A stretch of DNA of 64,000 nt. Source: Naegleria gruberi. Lineage: Eukaryota. Both the position numbers and the translations under genes were made by a program. Below are positions 1 to 13,622 of this stretch, in pieces. How positions within the stretch are numbered: position 1 is the first letter of the stretch; each line of letters starts with the position of its first letter. The stretch is taken from the NCBI GenBank assembly GCA_000004985.1, contig GG738855.1, one strand, 5' to 3'. The notes under the pieces were generated by a model. The model was given only the letters and a program-made list of their open reading frames with translations. It searched no databases and was not told the origin of the DNA.

Positions 1-221
1 TGTAGGAAAACCAGCAAGTTTGACAAATAATTATTTTTAATTTAAAACAAAAAAACTGCAAAAAAAATATTAGAGTGATTGATAGGAAATACTCTCTCCG
101 TTGTGCTACCTATCTAGAGTTTCATCATCACAGTATTGTCTTTATAAATTATAAATAGCGATTTTAACACAATTGGTTTAAAGAAAGGATAAATTTTAAA
201 AATCAAAATTTTGTTTAAAGA

Positions 222-3200
222 ATGGAAGCACTTTTGGACTTTAATGCTCCGTTTAATGTATCTCTTTTGGATCAAATTATTGATTGCTTGTATTCCAGCA
301 GAGGAAACATTCAAGAGGTAAGTTTACTTTTAATCCGATGATACCAACAATTAACAGATCCAAATGGCACAAAAAGTGCTGAGTCAATTTAAAGACGATC
401 CTAATTCATGGACAAGAGTTAAACAAATTTTAGAAACTTCAAATAATCAAAATTCTAAATTCTTTGCGCTCCAAGTATTATTACAAGTTATTCAAACAAG
501 ATGGAAAATTTTGCCTCCAGATGAAAGGGATGGTGTTAAAAACTTTATAGTACTCACTGTTATTAATTGTTCAAAGGATGAAACCTATTTCAGACAACAC
601 AAACTTTTTATCAACAAGCTTAATGAAGTACTTGTAGCTATTGTCAAACAAGAATGGCCTCAAAATTGGCGAAACTTTATTCCAGAAATTGTCAACTCGA
701 GTCCATCTAATGAAAATTTATGCGAAAATAACATGAATATTCTCAAATTGTTAAGTGAAGAAGTATTTGACTTTTCTGCTGGTAAAATGACAACAAAAAA
801 GATGACACAAATGAGTGAAAGTTTCCGTTCCGAATTCAAACTTATTTATCAATTGTGTGATGCTATTCTCCAACAAGCACAAAAGCCATCTTTATTATCA
901 GCAACACTTCAAACATTACTTAGATTTTTGAACTGGATCCCTCGTGAATTTATTTTTGAAACATCAATGCTCGAAATTCTTATTACAAAATTCTTACCTG
1001 TACAGCAATTTAGAAATGACACTCTGAGATGTTTAACAGAAATTGTCAGCATGGTCGAACCAAAATACGACGAAAAATTTGAATTGATATTTGTTTTTAT
1101 TATGAGGGTTATTCCAAGCATTCTTCCACCAAACACAAACTTGCCAAGTGCTTATAAGAATGGATCTGATTATGATCAAAAGTTTGTTCAAATTTTGGGT
1201 TTGTTCTTTACATCATTCCTTACAAACCATTTGGGTGTGGTTGAAAAGGATCAACATTCTCAGATTGTGCTCGAAGCACATCAATATCTTGTTGAAATTT
1301 CTAAAGTAGATGAAACTGAAATTTTCAAAAATTGTTTGGACTATTGGATTTACTTCTCTCGTGATTTATACTTCTCCGAAAAGAAGGCATCTCAATCAAA
1401 TATTTATGAACCATTACTTCTTACAAGACCAGCATCTGCTAGAAAAGCAATTTACTCGAGAATTATGTCACAAGTTAGATTAGTAATGGTATCCAAGATG
1501 GCAAAACCAGAAGAGGTTATTATTGTTGAGGACGAAAATGGACAAGTTGTAAAGGAATATATGAAAGATGTAGATTCCATTCAATTATATAAGAGTATGC
1601 GTGATGCTTTAATTTATTTGACTCACTTGGATTATGTAGATACAGAAAAAATCATGTTGGAAAAACTCCGTGCTCAAGCTAATGGTTATGAATGGTCTAG
1701 GCAAAACTTGAACACTTTGTGTTGGGCTATTGGTTCTATCTCTGGTGCTATGGATGAAAAGGACGAAAAGAGATTTGTTGTTACTGTGATCAAGGATTTA
1801 TTGAATATGTGCGAAATGAAAAAGGGTAAAGACAATAAGGCTGTTGTTGCATCTAACATTATGTATGTTGTAGGTCAATATCCTAGATTCTTGATTGCCC
1901 ACTGGAAGTTTTTGCAAACTGTTGTTAACAAATTATTTGAATTTATGCATGAAAAATTCCCTGGAGTCCAAGAAATGGCCTGTGAAACATTTGTTAAAAT
2001 CTCTATCAAGTGTAAGAGAAAATTTGTTCAACGTCACCAAGGAGAAGATGTCATGTTTTTGGAAAAGATCTTGAGAAATCTCAAGTCTAATATCTCTGAT
2101 TTGGAACCATCCCACATCCACACTTTCTATGAAGCTGTTGGTTATATGATCCAAGCTGCTTTACCAGCCGATCAAGAAAGACTTATTCAAATGTTGATGT
2201 CAATGCCAAACTCTAAATGGCAATCTATTATGAATATGGCCGCCCAAAATGTTGCTACTCTTGCTGATACAGCTGTATTGAAAGAATTGGCAAACATTCT
2301 CAAGACCAATGTCTCTGCAAGCAAATCGATAGGTAACGCCTACCTTCATCAAATGAAAATTATTTTCAAAGACATGTTAAACGTTTACAAGGCATACAGT
2401 CAATTTATTTCTGATGAAATTGCAAAGATTGGTGTAAAGGCTGCCACTCACTCCAATGTCAGAATGATGAGAGCTGTAAAGAGAGAAACTCTTAAACTTG
2501 TTGAAACATTTATTGCTAACTCTGATGACACACAATTATTAGTTACATCATTTTTACCTCCTCTTTTGGATGCTACACTTGGCGATTACAAGGCTAGTGT
2601 TCCAGACGCAAAGGATCCTCAAGTTTTGTCATTATTATCAGCTTCTATGGTTAAATTGCAAACAGCTGTTGACCATTATTTGCCTACAATCTTGGAATAT
2701 GTTCTTGAATGTACTCTTCCAATGATTACCACTAATTTTGAAGATTATCCTGAACATAGAATGAATCTCTTTGTGTTATTGAAGTCTATCAACAAATACT
2801 GCTTCCAATCTTTCCTCCACATTCCTCCTATGGGCTTCAAATTGATTGTTGATTCAATTTTATGGGCTCTCAAACATACCCACAGAAATATGTTCGAAAC
2901 TGGTCTTAATATTTTACAAGACATGCTTTCCAACATTGAACATCTCAATAATGATGGTTTGAGAAATGAATTTTATGGAAAGTTCTACCTTCCAATCCTT
3001 GATGACGTTCTTTATATTTACACCGATACCTTGCATCAATCTGGATTCAAGGTTCAAACAACCATTATTCATCACTTGCTCTATGTTGTTGCAACAAATA
3101 AGATTACTGCACCAATCTCAGAAGGACAAACTGTATCAACTGATGTGTTTGTCAAACAACATATTCATGATGTTTTAATTCAATCTTTCAGCAATCTCAA

Positions 3201-3456
3201 TTCCCAATATTTAACTCAATTTATTGTTGCCCTCTTTGGATACATTCATCAAGAACAAGAATTCACCAATTGTTTGCGTGACTTCCTGGTCACACTCAGA
3301 GAATATCAAGGTGAAGATGTTGATGTAAGCGATTTGTACTTTGAAGAGAAGCAAAAGAAAGAAATTGAATCACGACAATTGCGTGAATCAGTTCCAGGTT
3401 TGGATGGTCCATCTGCTGTAAATGAACTTGCGCAAAGCTATGATGATGACCTCTAA
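222..3456 (+). CDS. XPO1: Exportin-1 (CRM1) nuclear export receptor; 2 exons join(222..317,358..3456), about 1064 aa
   Basis: The long ORF aligns along its full length with CRM1 (the importin-beta N-terminal domain, the central conserved region and the C-terminal acidic tail). The 32-aa upstream exon MEALLDFNAPFNVSLLDQIIDCLYSSRGNIQE matches the CRM1 N-terminus. It is joined to the main ORF by a 40-nt intron with a GTAAGT donor at 318 and a TTAACAG acceptor ending at 357, in phase 0. Confidence 0.9.
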
Positions 3457-3486
3457 ACAATTCCAATAAACTTAATTTTATTCCAA

Positions 3487-5436
3487 TTAATCAATGTCGT
3501 TGTGTGTTGGATCTTTTTTCTTTTTGTAATAACCATCCAAGAAAGCTTCATAAGGCGAAACATAATCTGGTCTATAAATGGAATCATTATTTAAGGCAAA
3601 TTGTTCGTGGAAACGATCTCTTGTTTGGAATTTGCCTTCATCTACACCATCCAATGCAAGTTTTACTTTCTTTTCTGCAAACTCTTTGTAAATTTCTGTA
3701 ATTGGCTTTACTGCATCCTTTTGTTTGGCTTTTTGAGCTGATGCTTGTTTTCCTAAGGCCAACTTGTAAAGCTTCAAACCAAAATTGTTATCCTTCCAAG
3801 AAATGTTTTTTGGCTTTGAATAGAACACAGACTGAACTCTTTCCATATATTGTTCTGAATTATCAAACTTGGTTTTTACAGCACTTTGTAAATGACATGC
3901 CCAAATATTTCCAGTGTACTTTTCTGGAGGAATCAAATTTACCACATCATTTACCTTATCATAATTTCCAAATCTTGAGATTCCATCAATATAAATATAA
4001 ATAGATGCTATTGTTGGTTTGTTAATAAGGAGGAACATTTGTTCCAATTTTTTGACATTTTCCTTACTGGCATACATTTCCATCATTCTGCAAATTAAGT
4101 TTTCATCTCTATTGGCAACACGAGAAAAGTATTCCTCTGCTTGAGATTCCATTTTAGCACCACAGTAAGCTTTTGTCATTAAAATAAAAGTAAAATCATT
4201 TGGTTTTTCAATGGTGGTGAATACTTTTTCCATTTCTTTAATCTTTCCCATTCTACCATAGATCATCAACATTGTTTGAGTGATGTGCCTGTCTGGACAT
4301 TCATATGATTCATATATTTCTATACACTTGTCATAATTTTGTCTAATCTTATACACATTGAGCATAATATTGAACAAAAAAGGAGAAGGTGATAAATTCA
4401 TAGACAAAAATGTTTGATACATTTCTTCTACCTTAGCAACTTGTCCTCTATCCACTAGTGACTTCATCATAACACTAAAGACACAGGTGATAGCTTTTTG
4501 ATCATTAAGACCTTCTTGTATCTCTAGCTTGCCATCAATAAACTTTCTAAAGAGTTCATTCAAATTTTTAAAGTCACCAACTCTGCAATATGCTGTTAGT
4601 AGGGTTACAAAATTTACATAGCTTGGCTTCATACCAGTCCAGATAGGGATCGAGTCAAAAAGAGAATGAACTGCAGGAACATCTCCAACTGTTAAATAAC
4701 TCATCATTGTAATATTAAAAGTATGGTAATTTGGCTTTAAAATGCGAATTTTCATGCTATCCAAATATTCCAGATCAATATGTGTTAAGAAATGTAACAA
4801 TTGTTTGAAAGCTGGTTCTGACAAGTCATGCCTTTCCTTTTTTGCAAATATATCAAGTTTTTTGTTAAAATCTCTAATACTAGGGCAAGTTTCTAAAAAT
4901 TTTAAGTATTCCTTGACCAAAGCTTCATCTCTTGCCTTTCCCGTGTATGGTTTCATCTTTTGGAACTGTTTTAATTCCAACAACTCCTCAAAACTGCTTT
5001 CCTCATTGACTGATTCAACTTTTTTATCTATTATTTTCTTTCTCTTTACGAGGGAAATGTCTTGCTCACCTTTTTTCCTATCCTTTTCTTCTGGTGATGA
5101 ATTCTTTTTTTTCAAATGCTTATTATTTTGCATTGGTGATACTATATTCCTATTTAGAACTACATTTGGTTTTGAGTTAACCATTGATGAACGAGTGGAA
5201 CGTGATTGAGTAAGATTAACATCCAAAAGTGGTGAGTCTGTTACTTGTTCAACAATATTCTTTTCATCATTCCTTGTTCGGGATGATGTTGAAAAGAATT
5301 TACTACTACTCGAATTAATCTTTCTACAATCCCAACAATCAAATTCTCTCCTTCTTGTGATCATCACCGAATTCTTCTTCAACACTCTCCTCATCATCAT
5401 TTTGTACTGCTCTTCAAATACCTTCCCTCCAAACAT
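3487..5436 (-). CDS. Helical-repeat (PPR/TPR-like) protein, 649 aa, with an Arg-rich N-terminus that may be a mitochondrial presequence
   Basis: Intact ATG-initiated ORF. It contains repeated roughly 35-aa helical hairpin units rich in Y/L/M/K, such as LLTAYCRVGDF, IMLNVYKIRQNYD and MLMIYGRMGKI, which are typical of pentatricopeptide-like repeats. The N-terminus is basic (MMMRRVLKK...RRR). Its stop lies only 30 nt from the XPO1 stop, so the two genes are convergent. Confidence 0.5.
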   Translation of the reverse strand: MFGGKVFEEQYKMMMRRVLKKNSVMITRRREFDCWDCRKINSSSSKFFSTSSRTRNDEKNIVEQVTDSPLLDVNLTQSRSTRSSMVNSKPNVVLNRNIVSPMQNNKHLKKKNSSPEEKDRKKGEQDISLVKRKKIIDKKVESVNEESSFEELLELKQFQKMKPYTGKARDEALVKEYLKFLETCPSIRDFNKKLDIFAKKERHDLSEPAFKQLLHFLTHIDLEYLDSMKIRILKPNYHTFNITMMSYLTVGDVPAVHSLFDSIPIWTGMKPSYVNFVTLLTAYCRVGDFKNLNELFRKFIDGKLEIQEGLNDQKAITCVFSVMMKSLVDRGQVAKVEEMYQTFLSMNLSPSPFLFNIMLNVYKIRQNYDKCIEIYESYECPDRHITQTMLMIYGRMGKIKEMEKVFTTIEKPNDFTFILMTKAYCGAKMESQAEEYFSRVANRDENLICRMMEMYASKENVKKLEQMFLLINKPTIASIYIYIDGISRFGNYDKVNDVVNLIPPEKYTGNIWACHLQSAVKTKFDNSEQYMERVQSVFYSKPKNISWKDNNFGLKLYKLALGKQASAQKAKQKDAVKPITEIYKEFAEKKVKLALDGVDEGKFQTRDRFHEQFALNNDSIYRPDYVSPYEAFLDGYYKKKKDPTHNDID

Positions 5437-5650
5437 TCGGCTACTAACATTTTGTACATTTTTTTAAATACTTTGAAATTATCCAAATTTGCCATTTGCA
5501 TAGAGCCTAATCGGTTGATCATGATTTGATGAATAATAATAATTCATTCTCAACAAAACAAATAATAATAAATTCGAGAGTAGAATGGTGATGAATAATA
5601 ATAATAAATCACTTTCAGAAGACAGCATAGCCGATATTTAAAATAAAAAA

Positions 5651-5833
5651 ATGGCCATTACACCACAAGCAGTGATTGCCCGCCTTAAGGAAAAACCAAT
5701 TTTCTTCTTACCATTTGTAGTTGTCGCAATGGCAATGAATACTACCCTGAATGATTACATGAAGAAGGATGTTCCTGTTGATGCTAACAAGCCAAAGGAA
5801 ACTTTGCTCAGCATGGATGACGGTGCGTTTTAA
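5651..5833 (+). CDS. Candidate small single-pass membrane protein (60 aa)
   Basis: ATG-initiated ORF in an otherwise empty 600-bp intergenic region. It has one clear hydrophobic helix (PIFFLPFVVVAMAMNTTL) flanked by charged residues. I recognise no homologue. Confidence 0.2.
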   Translation: MAITPQAVIARLKEKPIFFLPFVVVAMAMNTTLNDYMKKDVPVDANKPKETLLSMDDGAF

Positions 5834-6030
5834 TAGTAATTATTTATTTTGATAACATAATAATACGGAATCATTTAAAATAGTCAACAAGAGAATTGAT
5901 GAATTCGAATTGTCAAAGAAATAATCTATTGGACTTTGATTGTAATTTAATTGGAAATTAGTAAAAATCACATAATTATTATTTAATAATGAACATGATG
6001 GATTTTATTGTGGAACAAATCACAACAATT

Positions 6031-9000
6031 TTATAGGAAAGGCATCCACCAGATGTACATACTCTTCAAGTTTTCTTCGTTGGTTGCTTCATCGATCAAG
6101 TAATCAACCTGACCAGAAATACTGAGAGGAAGTGCACTATCACCAACAATTCCTTGAAGTTTTTGTCCAATTATTTTGTGTGCCGAATCTACATCAGCAG
6201 AATTCATGGCTTTCTTGGCTTGGTTTTCTTTCTTCTTTTGAATTTGTTCCCAATCCAGGAGTGGATCGTGTTTGAAGGTTTCTAAAACATTCAACAACGT
6301 TTCATTATTCTTTCTCAACAATTCCAAAGTTGCTTCACAGGTCAATCTAAAAGCTCCTTCATATCCTGTAACTCCCATACCATCTATCATATTTCTGGTC
6401 AATCTGAATGGTACTTTTTCTGGTATGTTCAATAGTCTACCACTTTCGAACAACATTGCCAAGTCAACATGGATTGTATCTCCATTGTTGGTGTCTATTA
6501 AAATGTTTTCGCTATGTCTATCACCCAATCCTACTATATATCCAACCATACTCCAAACTGCTGCTGTCTTGACAAAGTTGAGACGATTCTGATACCACTG
6601 GTTTGGTTCTAAAAATTGATGTAAGAAATATTTACCAAAAACTGGTGGGTAATCCTTAACTGCATAGTCAAATGCTGTTCCATAGCTTTTCTGTGGAACA
6701 CCATTGGATTTTCCAAACTTTGTTAGTATTGATTGTTGCAAAGGTTGCTTTTGCATTCTTAAATATTCATCATCAATAAGTTTTCTCAAAACATTTGTAT
6801 TAGGAACCCATTCTACTAGACCTGTATTATTTGAAAGTGGGATGGCTGAGAATAATCTAAGATACAACCTCTTATTTCTAGTTTTCTTGTCACGTTTAAG
6901 CATTCTATTGATGACAGCATTAAGATCCATCATTCTGTTGTCTTTTCTAATGTCATCATTTGCTTTGAATAAGAAATCATAACGATTTCCATCTGAGCCA
7001 GTAATTCCAATCTTTTTAGGTTTTTGTAATGAGTTCATAACAGTACCTTCTTCGTGAAAACTATTGATATAGACTTTTGAAGAGTTATAAGGTGAGTAGT
7101 CTGTCTTGATGTGTTGGTTCTCATCAAAAATATTAGCTTTTTGAATTTCCACAGAAATGAGTGATTGGATTGGTATGATGAAATTTTTGCATGGATTCAT
7201 AACACATGAAGGTAAGTACTTGAATTTTCTTGCAATCATCTCAGTCTTTTTTTCTGGATTCTGTACCACTCCATCGTAAGCTTTACCATTTTTAGTTTTG
7301 AAAATGTTCAAGCTAAATTTTCTTTCCTTGTCCGGCTTTTGAATAAATGCTTCACATAACTCATTAAATCCTCTCAGTGTCTTTTTTTGATTTTCAATTA
7401 TACACCTAGCTACATTGCTTATATTATCAGCTGACTTGGCAGTAGCAATTATTTCTTTTATAGCTTTCTTTCTTTCTTCCTTTTCACTTCTGCAACCAAT
7501 AGTCCAAATACTTTCTTCTGGGAATGCTAGTAATACTTTTGTAATCATTTTTTTGATGGCTGAACAAACACTATGACTCAAATGAGATATTCTAGAATAT
7601 AATTGGGGAAGAGAAATAGCCCAAACATAGTCTGGAAGATTGTTAATGAGCTCAACGATAACGTCATTCACTCTAGTTTCTTTAGCTGATGTTTTCACGC
7701 TCTCATGTTCCATCCATAATGTCAATAATCTTGGTAGTGCTGTAAAGATATTCTTCACACCATATTTGATTGATTGACCATAGTTTTGAATAATTATACT
7801 AAGATCGCCTGCTGATGCTGTTTTTTCTTCCTTTTTTAGAACAGCACTATATGACTTATCTAGATATGAGGCCAAAAAGAAATAACCCTCTTCCCATTGC
7901 TTGTCAATATCTATAACCTCTTTGTAGGCTCTAACTACATCTGTCTTTTGCTTGTGTTCTCTATCCCAATTAACATTCAATAATTTAATCTTAGCTGTTA
8001 GTAAATCAGTTTTCTTTTGTGTTGAATGGCTTAATGTTGGTTGTTCACTCCTAAGAAAATCTGTAAGCATTGGTATGGCTTTTTGAACATCACCTATTTC
8101 GTATAATAATTTAGCCTTTTCAACAGAATAAAGTGGAGAATTGAGATTGGATCTTGCCAAAGCCGTTTCAGCAATATGGTATTGTTTTTCTTTTCTTGCT
8201 TGTTTAGAAATGTGCAACCATAATTCACTGATATTTTCGGGAAGATTATGAATTTTAAAGATACATCTTCTCACTGAATACAATAACTCTCTTTCAGAGG
8301 ATGAGTTGGTGGTGATTTTGAGGTTCTTATCCAAATATTGAAGGAAATGCTCTAACTCTGGACTTAATTCCTTTTCCTCTAGATCTGGTAGTGTAGTAGA
8401 GTTGTAAATTCTGAATCCTCTTTCAAGTTCAGATAGCACTTGAAGCTTTAACAAGTCAGGATAGCATCTTAAATAGCTTTCGCTAGATCCAGCTGACAAA
8501 GATGTAAGGATATCCTTTTTGGCATATATTAGTTGCTCATCAAAACTTTTACAATCCTTTTTAACGTAGAAAGAGAACAATTTGGCAACGTGTGTATCAA
8601 AAGATGGAACGGAAACTTGTTCTAATGAAGAATCAAGCTCACTCCAATGTCCAAGTCTCCAGCGGGCTTGAAGAATAAATGTTGCTTTTGTATTCTTTTC
8701 AAATGGATATCCATTGATTATCTGGAACATGGTATTGTATTGTCCAAGATTCAAATAGCACCTTAATAAGGAATCAAACTGTGCTGGAGTTAAGCTTTGA
8801 TTTTCTAATAGAATTTCATATAGATCTCTTGCATCTGTCCATTTCTCATCCACTTCCTTATCTAAAAGGATTTCATTGATTTCAGAATGGGTACGCATAG
8901 AAGCTAAACCTGCCATACTGTCACGATCTTTTGTTTGAGAATAAATTCTTTGCAGATTATTACCAATATCCTTGTCTAAATTTCTGAAATCTTGACCTTG

Positions 9001-12000
9001 GTCTCTAATGTATTCCTCGTAGTACATAAGTGATCTATAAAATGCTGAGTGATTAAATGCAGTTGCAGCAAGGGATCCAAGTGAAATACTTCTTAAAATC
9101 TTCTCTGCTTTTTCAACAGATTCCTTAAGAAGGCCTTTCTGATTCCTCATTTCAGGTGCGCTCATTTCAAACCATCTCTTAAGGTCATCAATAAGACAGA
9201 AAATTGTCTGAGCATGTTCAGTTGTCTGAGAATGTTCTTCAGCCTCTGACATTTTAAGGTCATGATCAATGACGGACATTATTTCTGTGCCAATCTCACC
9301 TCTATCAGAATCTTGACCAAAGAGTAGAACATGATGGACTAGATAGGGTAAAATAATTTTCACTAATACTTTGTCTGTACTAATCATAGGTCTTGCAGCT
9401 TTAAATATTTCCGATCTTTTAGTATTGAAATTTTTCATTTTTGAAATCAAGAACTTGGCCCAAGAGGCCATCCACTTGGAGATTGTAAGACTTCCTTTGA
9501 ATATAGGTAATTTGTATACGTGTTCAGTACCTGATACTCTCAAGCCTTGATCACCTGTTATCTTGTACTTTTTAGATATTTCTTGAAACACCTTTTTATC
9601 CAGTGTTTGAACTATTTTCAACAATTCTTGTCTTGTAAAATTAATTTTAGAAGTGTTACAAGGACTGACTTCTGTATGATCAAAAATTAACTCTATCAGC
9701 TCAACATCTGTCTTTTCAGTGTTGGCTACAATGGTTGGACCAATATTTAGAGCAGCTGGATCAATTGCTCCAATTTCACTTAAAGCAGTAGCTGAAAGTA
9801 ATTTAATAACCTCCTGTGTATCACTACAGCTTTTAAGTAAAGCTGTAACAAGTTTGTTAATAATATTATTTACACTCGACTCTGAAAGTTCAAACATTGA
9901 AATAATTTTTCTTTGAATTATTTCCTTATTTTCACTCAGAATACCTATAAGGGTTTCCAAAGCATTTTGCTTGACTGTAACATCTGATTGTTTAATACCA
10001 GGCAGAAGAAATTCTAACTTGGCATCTAGTGACAGTTTTCCAATCTGTTGCTCAATAAATTCATTAATAGGAGCCAGATCTTTTCTCTTGGATAAATGCA
10101 ATAGTGTGAAATCCAAACTTTTCTTGTTAGTCTGAATTAACTTTAGAATACATAAACATAATTTGGTTCCAAAATCAGAGGAATCAACAATTCTACAAAG
10201 AGCAGATATTATAGAGTTCATATTGTTAACTGGAATGTTCTTGTCATTAAAATGTTTCATCATGAAGGATTCGAAAGATTGTAACACATCTATTCTAAAT
10301 GAACATCTCAAAAGATGAGTTTGATAAATCTCCAATATTTCTTTAAAACATGTTCCAATTTCTGCTTCAAATACATCAATCATATTCACAACAATATGAA
10401 ATCTTTCTCTTTGTTTGATTTCAGATGCTCCCTTATCTTTGAAAACTTTCGAAATTTTGATTAAAATACCAGAAATATTCCCTTGTAATACCTTTTGCAC
10501 CATCTTTTTGTCACCAATACTATTTAGAAGTTTTTTCACTTTTCCTTTATGTTCATTATTAAGAAGTTTCATAATAATATTTTTAAAGGCTGTTGATATA
10601 ACTAAATTGGCTTGAACTTTTGTAATTTCAGCGGCCTTAATAAATTTTTCAAAACTTTCTAGTGGAGTTTTGTCTTTTTTGATAAATTCTGTAATAATAT
10701 TCTCAATATGTTCAATGATAATAGTAGAAAATTCGTTACTATTTGATAGTACTAATATTTGATTACGAAAACGTAATAACTCCCCCTCTACTGCCATCTC
10801 TGGCAGGACATGCTTTAATATTTTTGAAGCTATTTTTGAAAACTCCATATCAAATAGGGAAGATAAAATGTTTTGTAATTTGTTCTGATTGAAATACTTA
10901 ACCCAATATGCGAATAGAGTCATGAAGAACTCGTCTCCTATTGATGATGAAAGATACTTTAAAATTCCTTTGTTGTCGGCTAGTTTCTTCAAAGATATGT
11001 AAACAATTGATGATTGATCAAAATCTAGAGATACTTCAGTAAAGAAAAATAGGACATTTCTTAATGTCTTTGGGCAATTATCCAGTATGAGTTTCAGTAA
11101 TGGAATGATATAAAAGTAGTATTTGAGAGTCATCTCTTGATTATCTGTGTTTTCCTCATAAATTTTCCTGAGGAATGTTTTGATTTCGTCTACAAAAAAA
11201 TTAAAAGGGTCATCATGTAGTTGGTAAATACTTTCAATCGGAACTACTAGATTTCTATTTGGAGTTATCCATATAGAGAAAATTGATGTTGCGAAAGCAA
11301 CAATTTCAATGTCCTTATGCATTATCATTTTCATATACCTGACCATATCTTCAAAGTGTAAATCAATTTCCTCTTTTCTTATATTTTCAATAAAGAATGC
11401 AACACATTTGAGTAATTGTAATTGTGTTTTCTTTTCAACCTCAGAAGGTTCCAAAATAAAATCCCAATCACTTAGTCTAAAAACGGAATTATTTAAACTT
11501 TCTTGAATGGTTTCTTGTATTACCTCGCATATGATTGGCCTACAACTGGCACGAGAATAGAGCTTCCTTAGGTGATGGCTTACTTCTGCTAGGTCAAACA
11601 TTTTGAACCTAACAATTTCAGGGAAGCACTTTATCACTGCTTTTACTGATGCTTCACTCAGTTCTAGTTGTTCTAAAACTACTGTCTTACATGTTTCATC
11701 AAGAGTTAATTGATAAAATCGAATAATATTTTTCAGTGCTAACACCAAAATATCTTCTTCCATTTCTTTAGCATATAATTCTACTCTACTGATACAATAA
11801 AGTCTCAATTCATTAACTCTTTCAGGGTCAAGATGTTGTGGAATATTATTTTGGAATAAATTGTCTATCATGATAATTGGATGTTTTGAGTACTATCAAT
11901 GATTAACTTCTGAATCTAATGAGAACTTACTTCAGTACAATTTTTGGTATAATCAATCAATGAGTGAATGAGGTCAATAAGAGCCAAACTATCCTTTACT

Positions 12001-13514
12001 GGCCCAAAAGGACAAAGGGCCATTAATAAAATATACATTTCTGTCATATCAGCATCGTTTTCAGAGCATTTTGATACATATTTTTGTAATGTTTCAAAAA
12101 GTATTTGTCCATACTCTGAATCGATAAGATAAAAATTGTTACCAAATTCATGTGAAGGGAATTCAGCTGAATTAAAACTCGAATTAATATCCTCATTAAA
12201 ATCTCCCTCTTCTATTTTTCTTCTCTTACTGCCTTGAGAATCTGTTTGAGACTCTTTTCTTTTGGTTGCGTTCGAAGAGTAGTGAATTGACAGATATTTC
12301 TTAATTAGATCAATAAAATCCTCATTATTTGGGAAAATGTGATTTTGAAAACATTCTTTGATAGCTTCAATACCTTTTAGAACTAATTCCAAGTCTGTCA
12401 TACTGTACTTATCGATGAATACACATAGTATGTTAATGATTTGTTTTTTAAATTTTTCACTTTTAGAATTGCTAATATTCCAGTATAAATAACTAGTAAT
12501 AGTGTTAATCATTTCTATCCTTTCAATCCCAAAATAGGAAAGGATTAAAATCATTTCGTCCATTGTAGAATTTAACAAATCAGCAAATAAATCATCAAAC
12601 TCCAATGTTCTATACGATGGAAACATCCCATAATAACCATTCAATAAGGTGATAATTAAATTGATAAGATTTTTGTGAATTGTTGGATCAAATGATTGTG
12701 TGGAAGAAATCAGTGTTACTATTTCCATAGAAAGTAATTTGATTTCATTACTCGAATATCTAATTTGGTTACAAATATTATTGAAAACATTTCGGTGTTG
12801 AGCAATAATTGGGTGTCTACCGACTAGGGTTTTTAAAATATTAGTGGCATATTTTTGAATAACTATACATTGATCTGCTGAATGAATGTGAAGAACAGTA
12901 AATTTGCAGATATTAGGTAAGAACATGATAGATGCTGTTTCAGTGAGGCATTCTTTAGATCCATTATTTGGAAAGAATGATAAATAAATTTGGCAAAGTT
13001 GAGGAATAACATTGGTAATGTCACCAATGAAATTCTCAAAAGTAGATGGAAAGTTTGATAATAAAAACTCTTGGCTTTCTAATAAAGCACTCAGAACACT
13101 CTCCTCTAAAACTGTTGTGTAATGAATGTCAATTAGAAATTTAAACATAGTGGAAATCAATTCCGAAATAGTATTTGAAGTTAGTAATTTGTTAGCAACC
13201 ATATCCTTTCCAGTTACATCCAAAATGTTTTTAATAATATCCAATAGAGCACAAATACTCTCAACATCCTCTTGTTGGAGAGTTTGGTTTGCACATTCCG
13301 AAAAGTTGATCAATGAGAGAATTTGACTTGCTGATCGCAGGGTTTCCTCTTCATTCAAGTATTTTTTCAAGGGTTGGTTGATAGATTTAATAAACGGTAG
13401 GGAACTTGGTAAAATGATTTCTTCAAGGTTCTCTTGTTGAGACATTTTTTTGTTCTTGTTATTGTTGGAAGCCTGCTTCAACCACTTCAAAACAGACAAG
13501 CTTTTATGTTTCAA
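6031..13514 (-). CDS. ATR: ATR/Mec1-family PIKK checkpoint kinase; 2 exons complement(join(6031..11892,11931..13514)), about 2460-2480 aa
   Basis: The C-terminal 1950 aa carries a PI3K/PI4K-like catalytic domain (motifs DRHSENILID and HVDLAMLFESG), a preceding FAT-type helical region and a FATC tail ending in WMPFL. The 532-aa upstream ORF is alpha-helical and repeat-like. It joins the downstream ORF in frame through a 38-nt intron (minus-strand donor GTAAGT at 11930, acceptor ATTGATAG ending at 11893) that removes the in-frame stop. The first ATG is at 13445, and the ORF-track start at 13514 is a TTG codon. Confidence 0.8.
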
Positions 13515-13622
13515 ACATCTTTACTGGGTTTTTGTTCTCGAATTGATGGAAGTTTTGGTGTCAATTTACATATTTCCTTTCTTTCCGAATTATAATAAAC
13601 CGGTTCCTTTTATTTTGTTGTT

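Noticed and set aside
114-314. 66-aa minus-strand ORF at the window start
   Set aside because: It overlaps the XPO1 first exon and intron on the opposite strand. It is A/T-rich and has no homologue, so it is a spurious antisense ORF.
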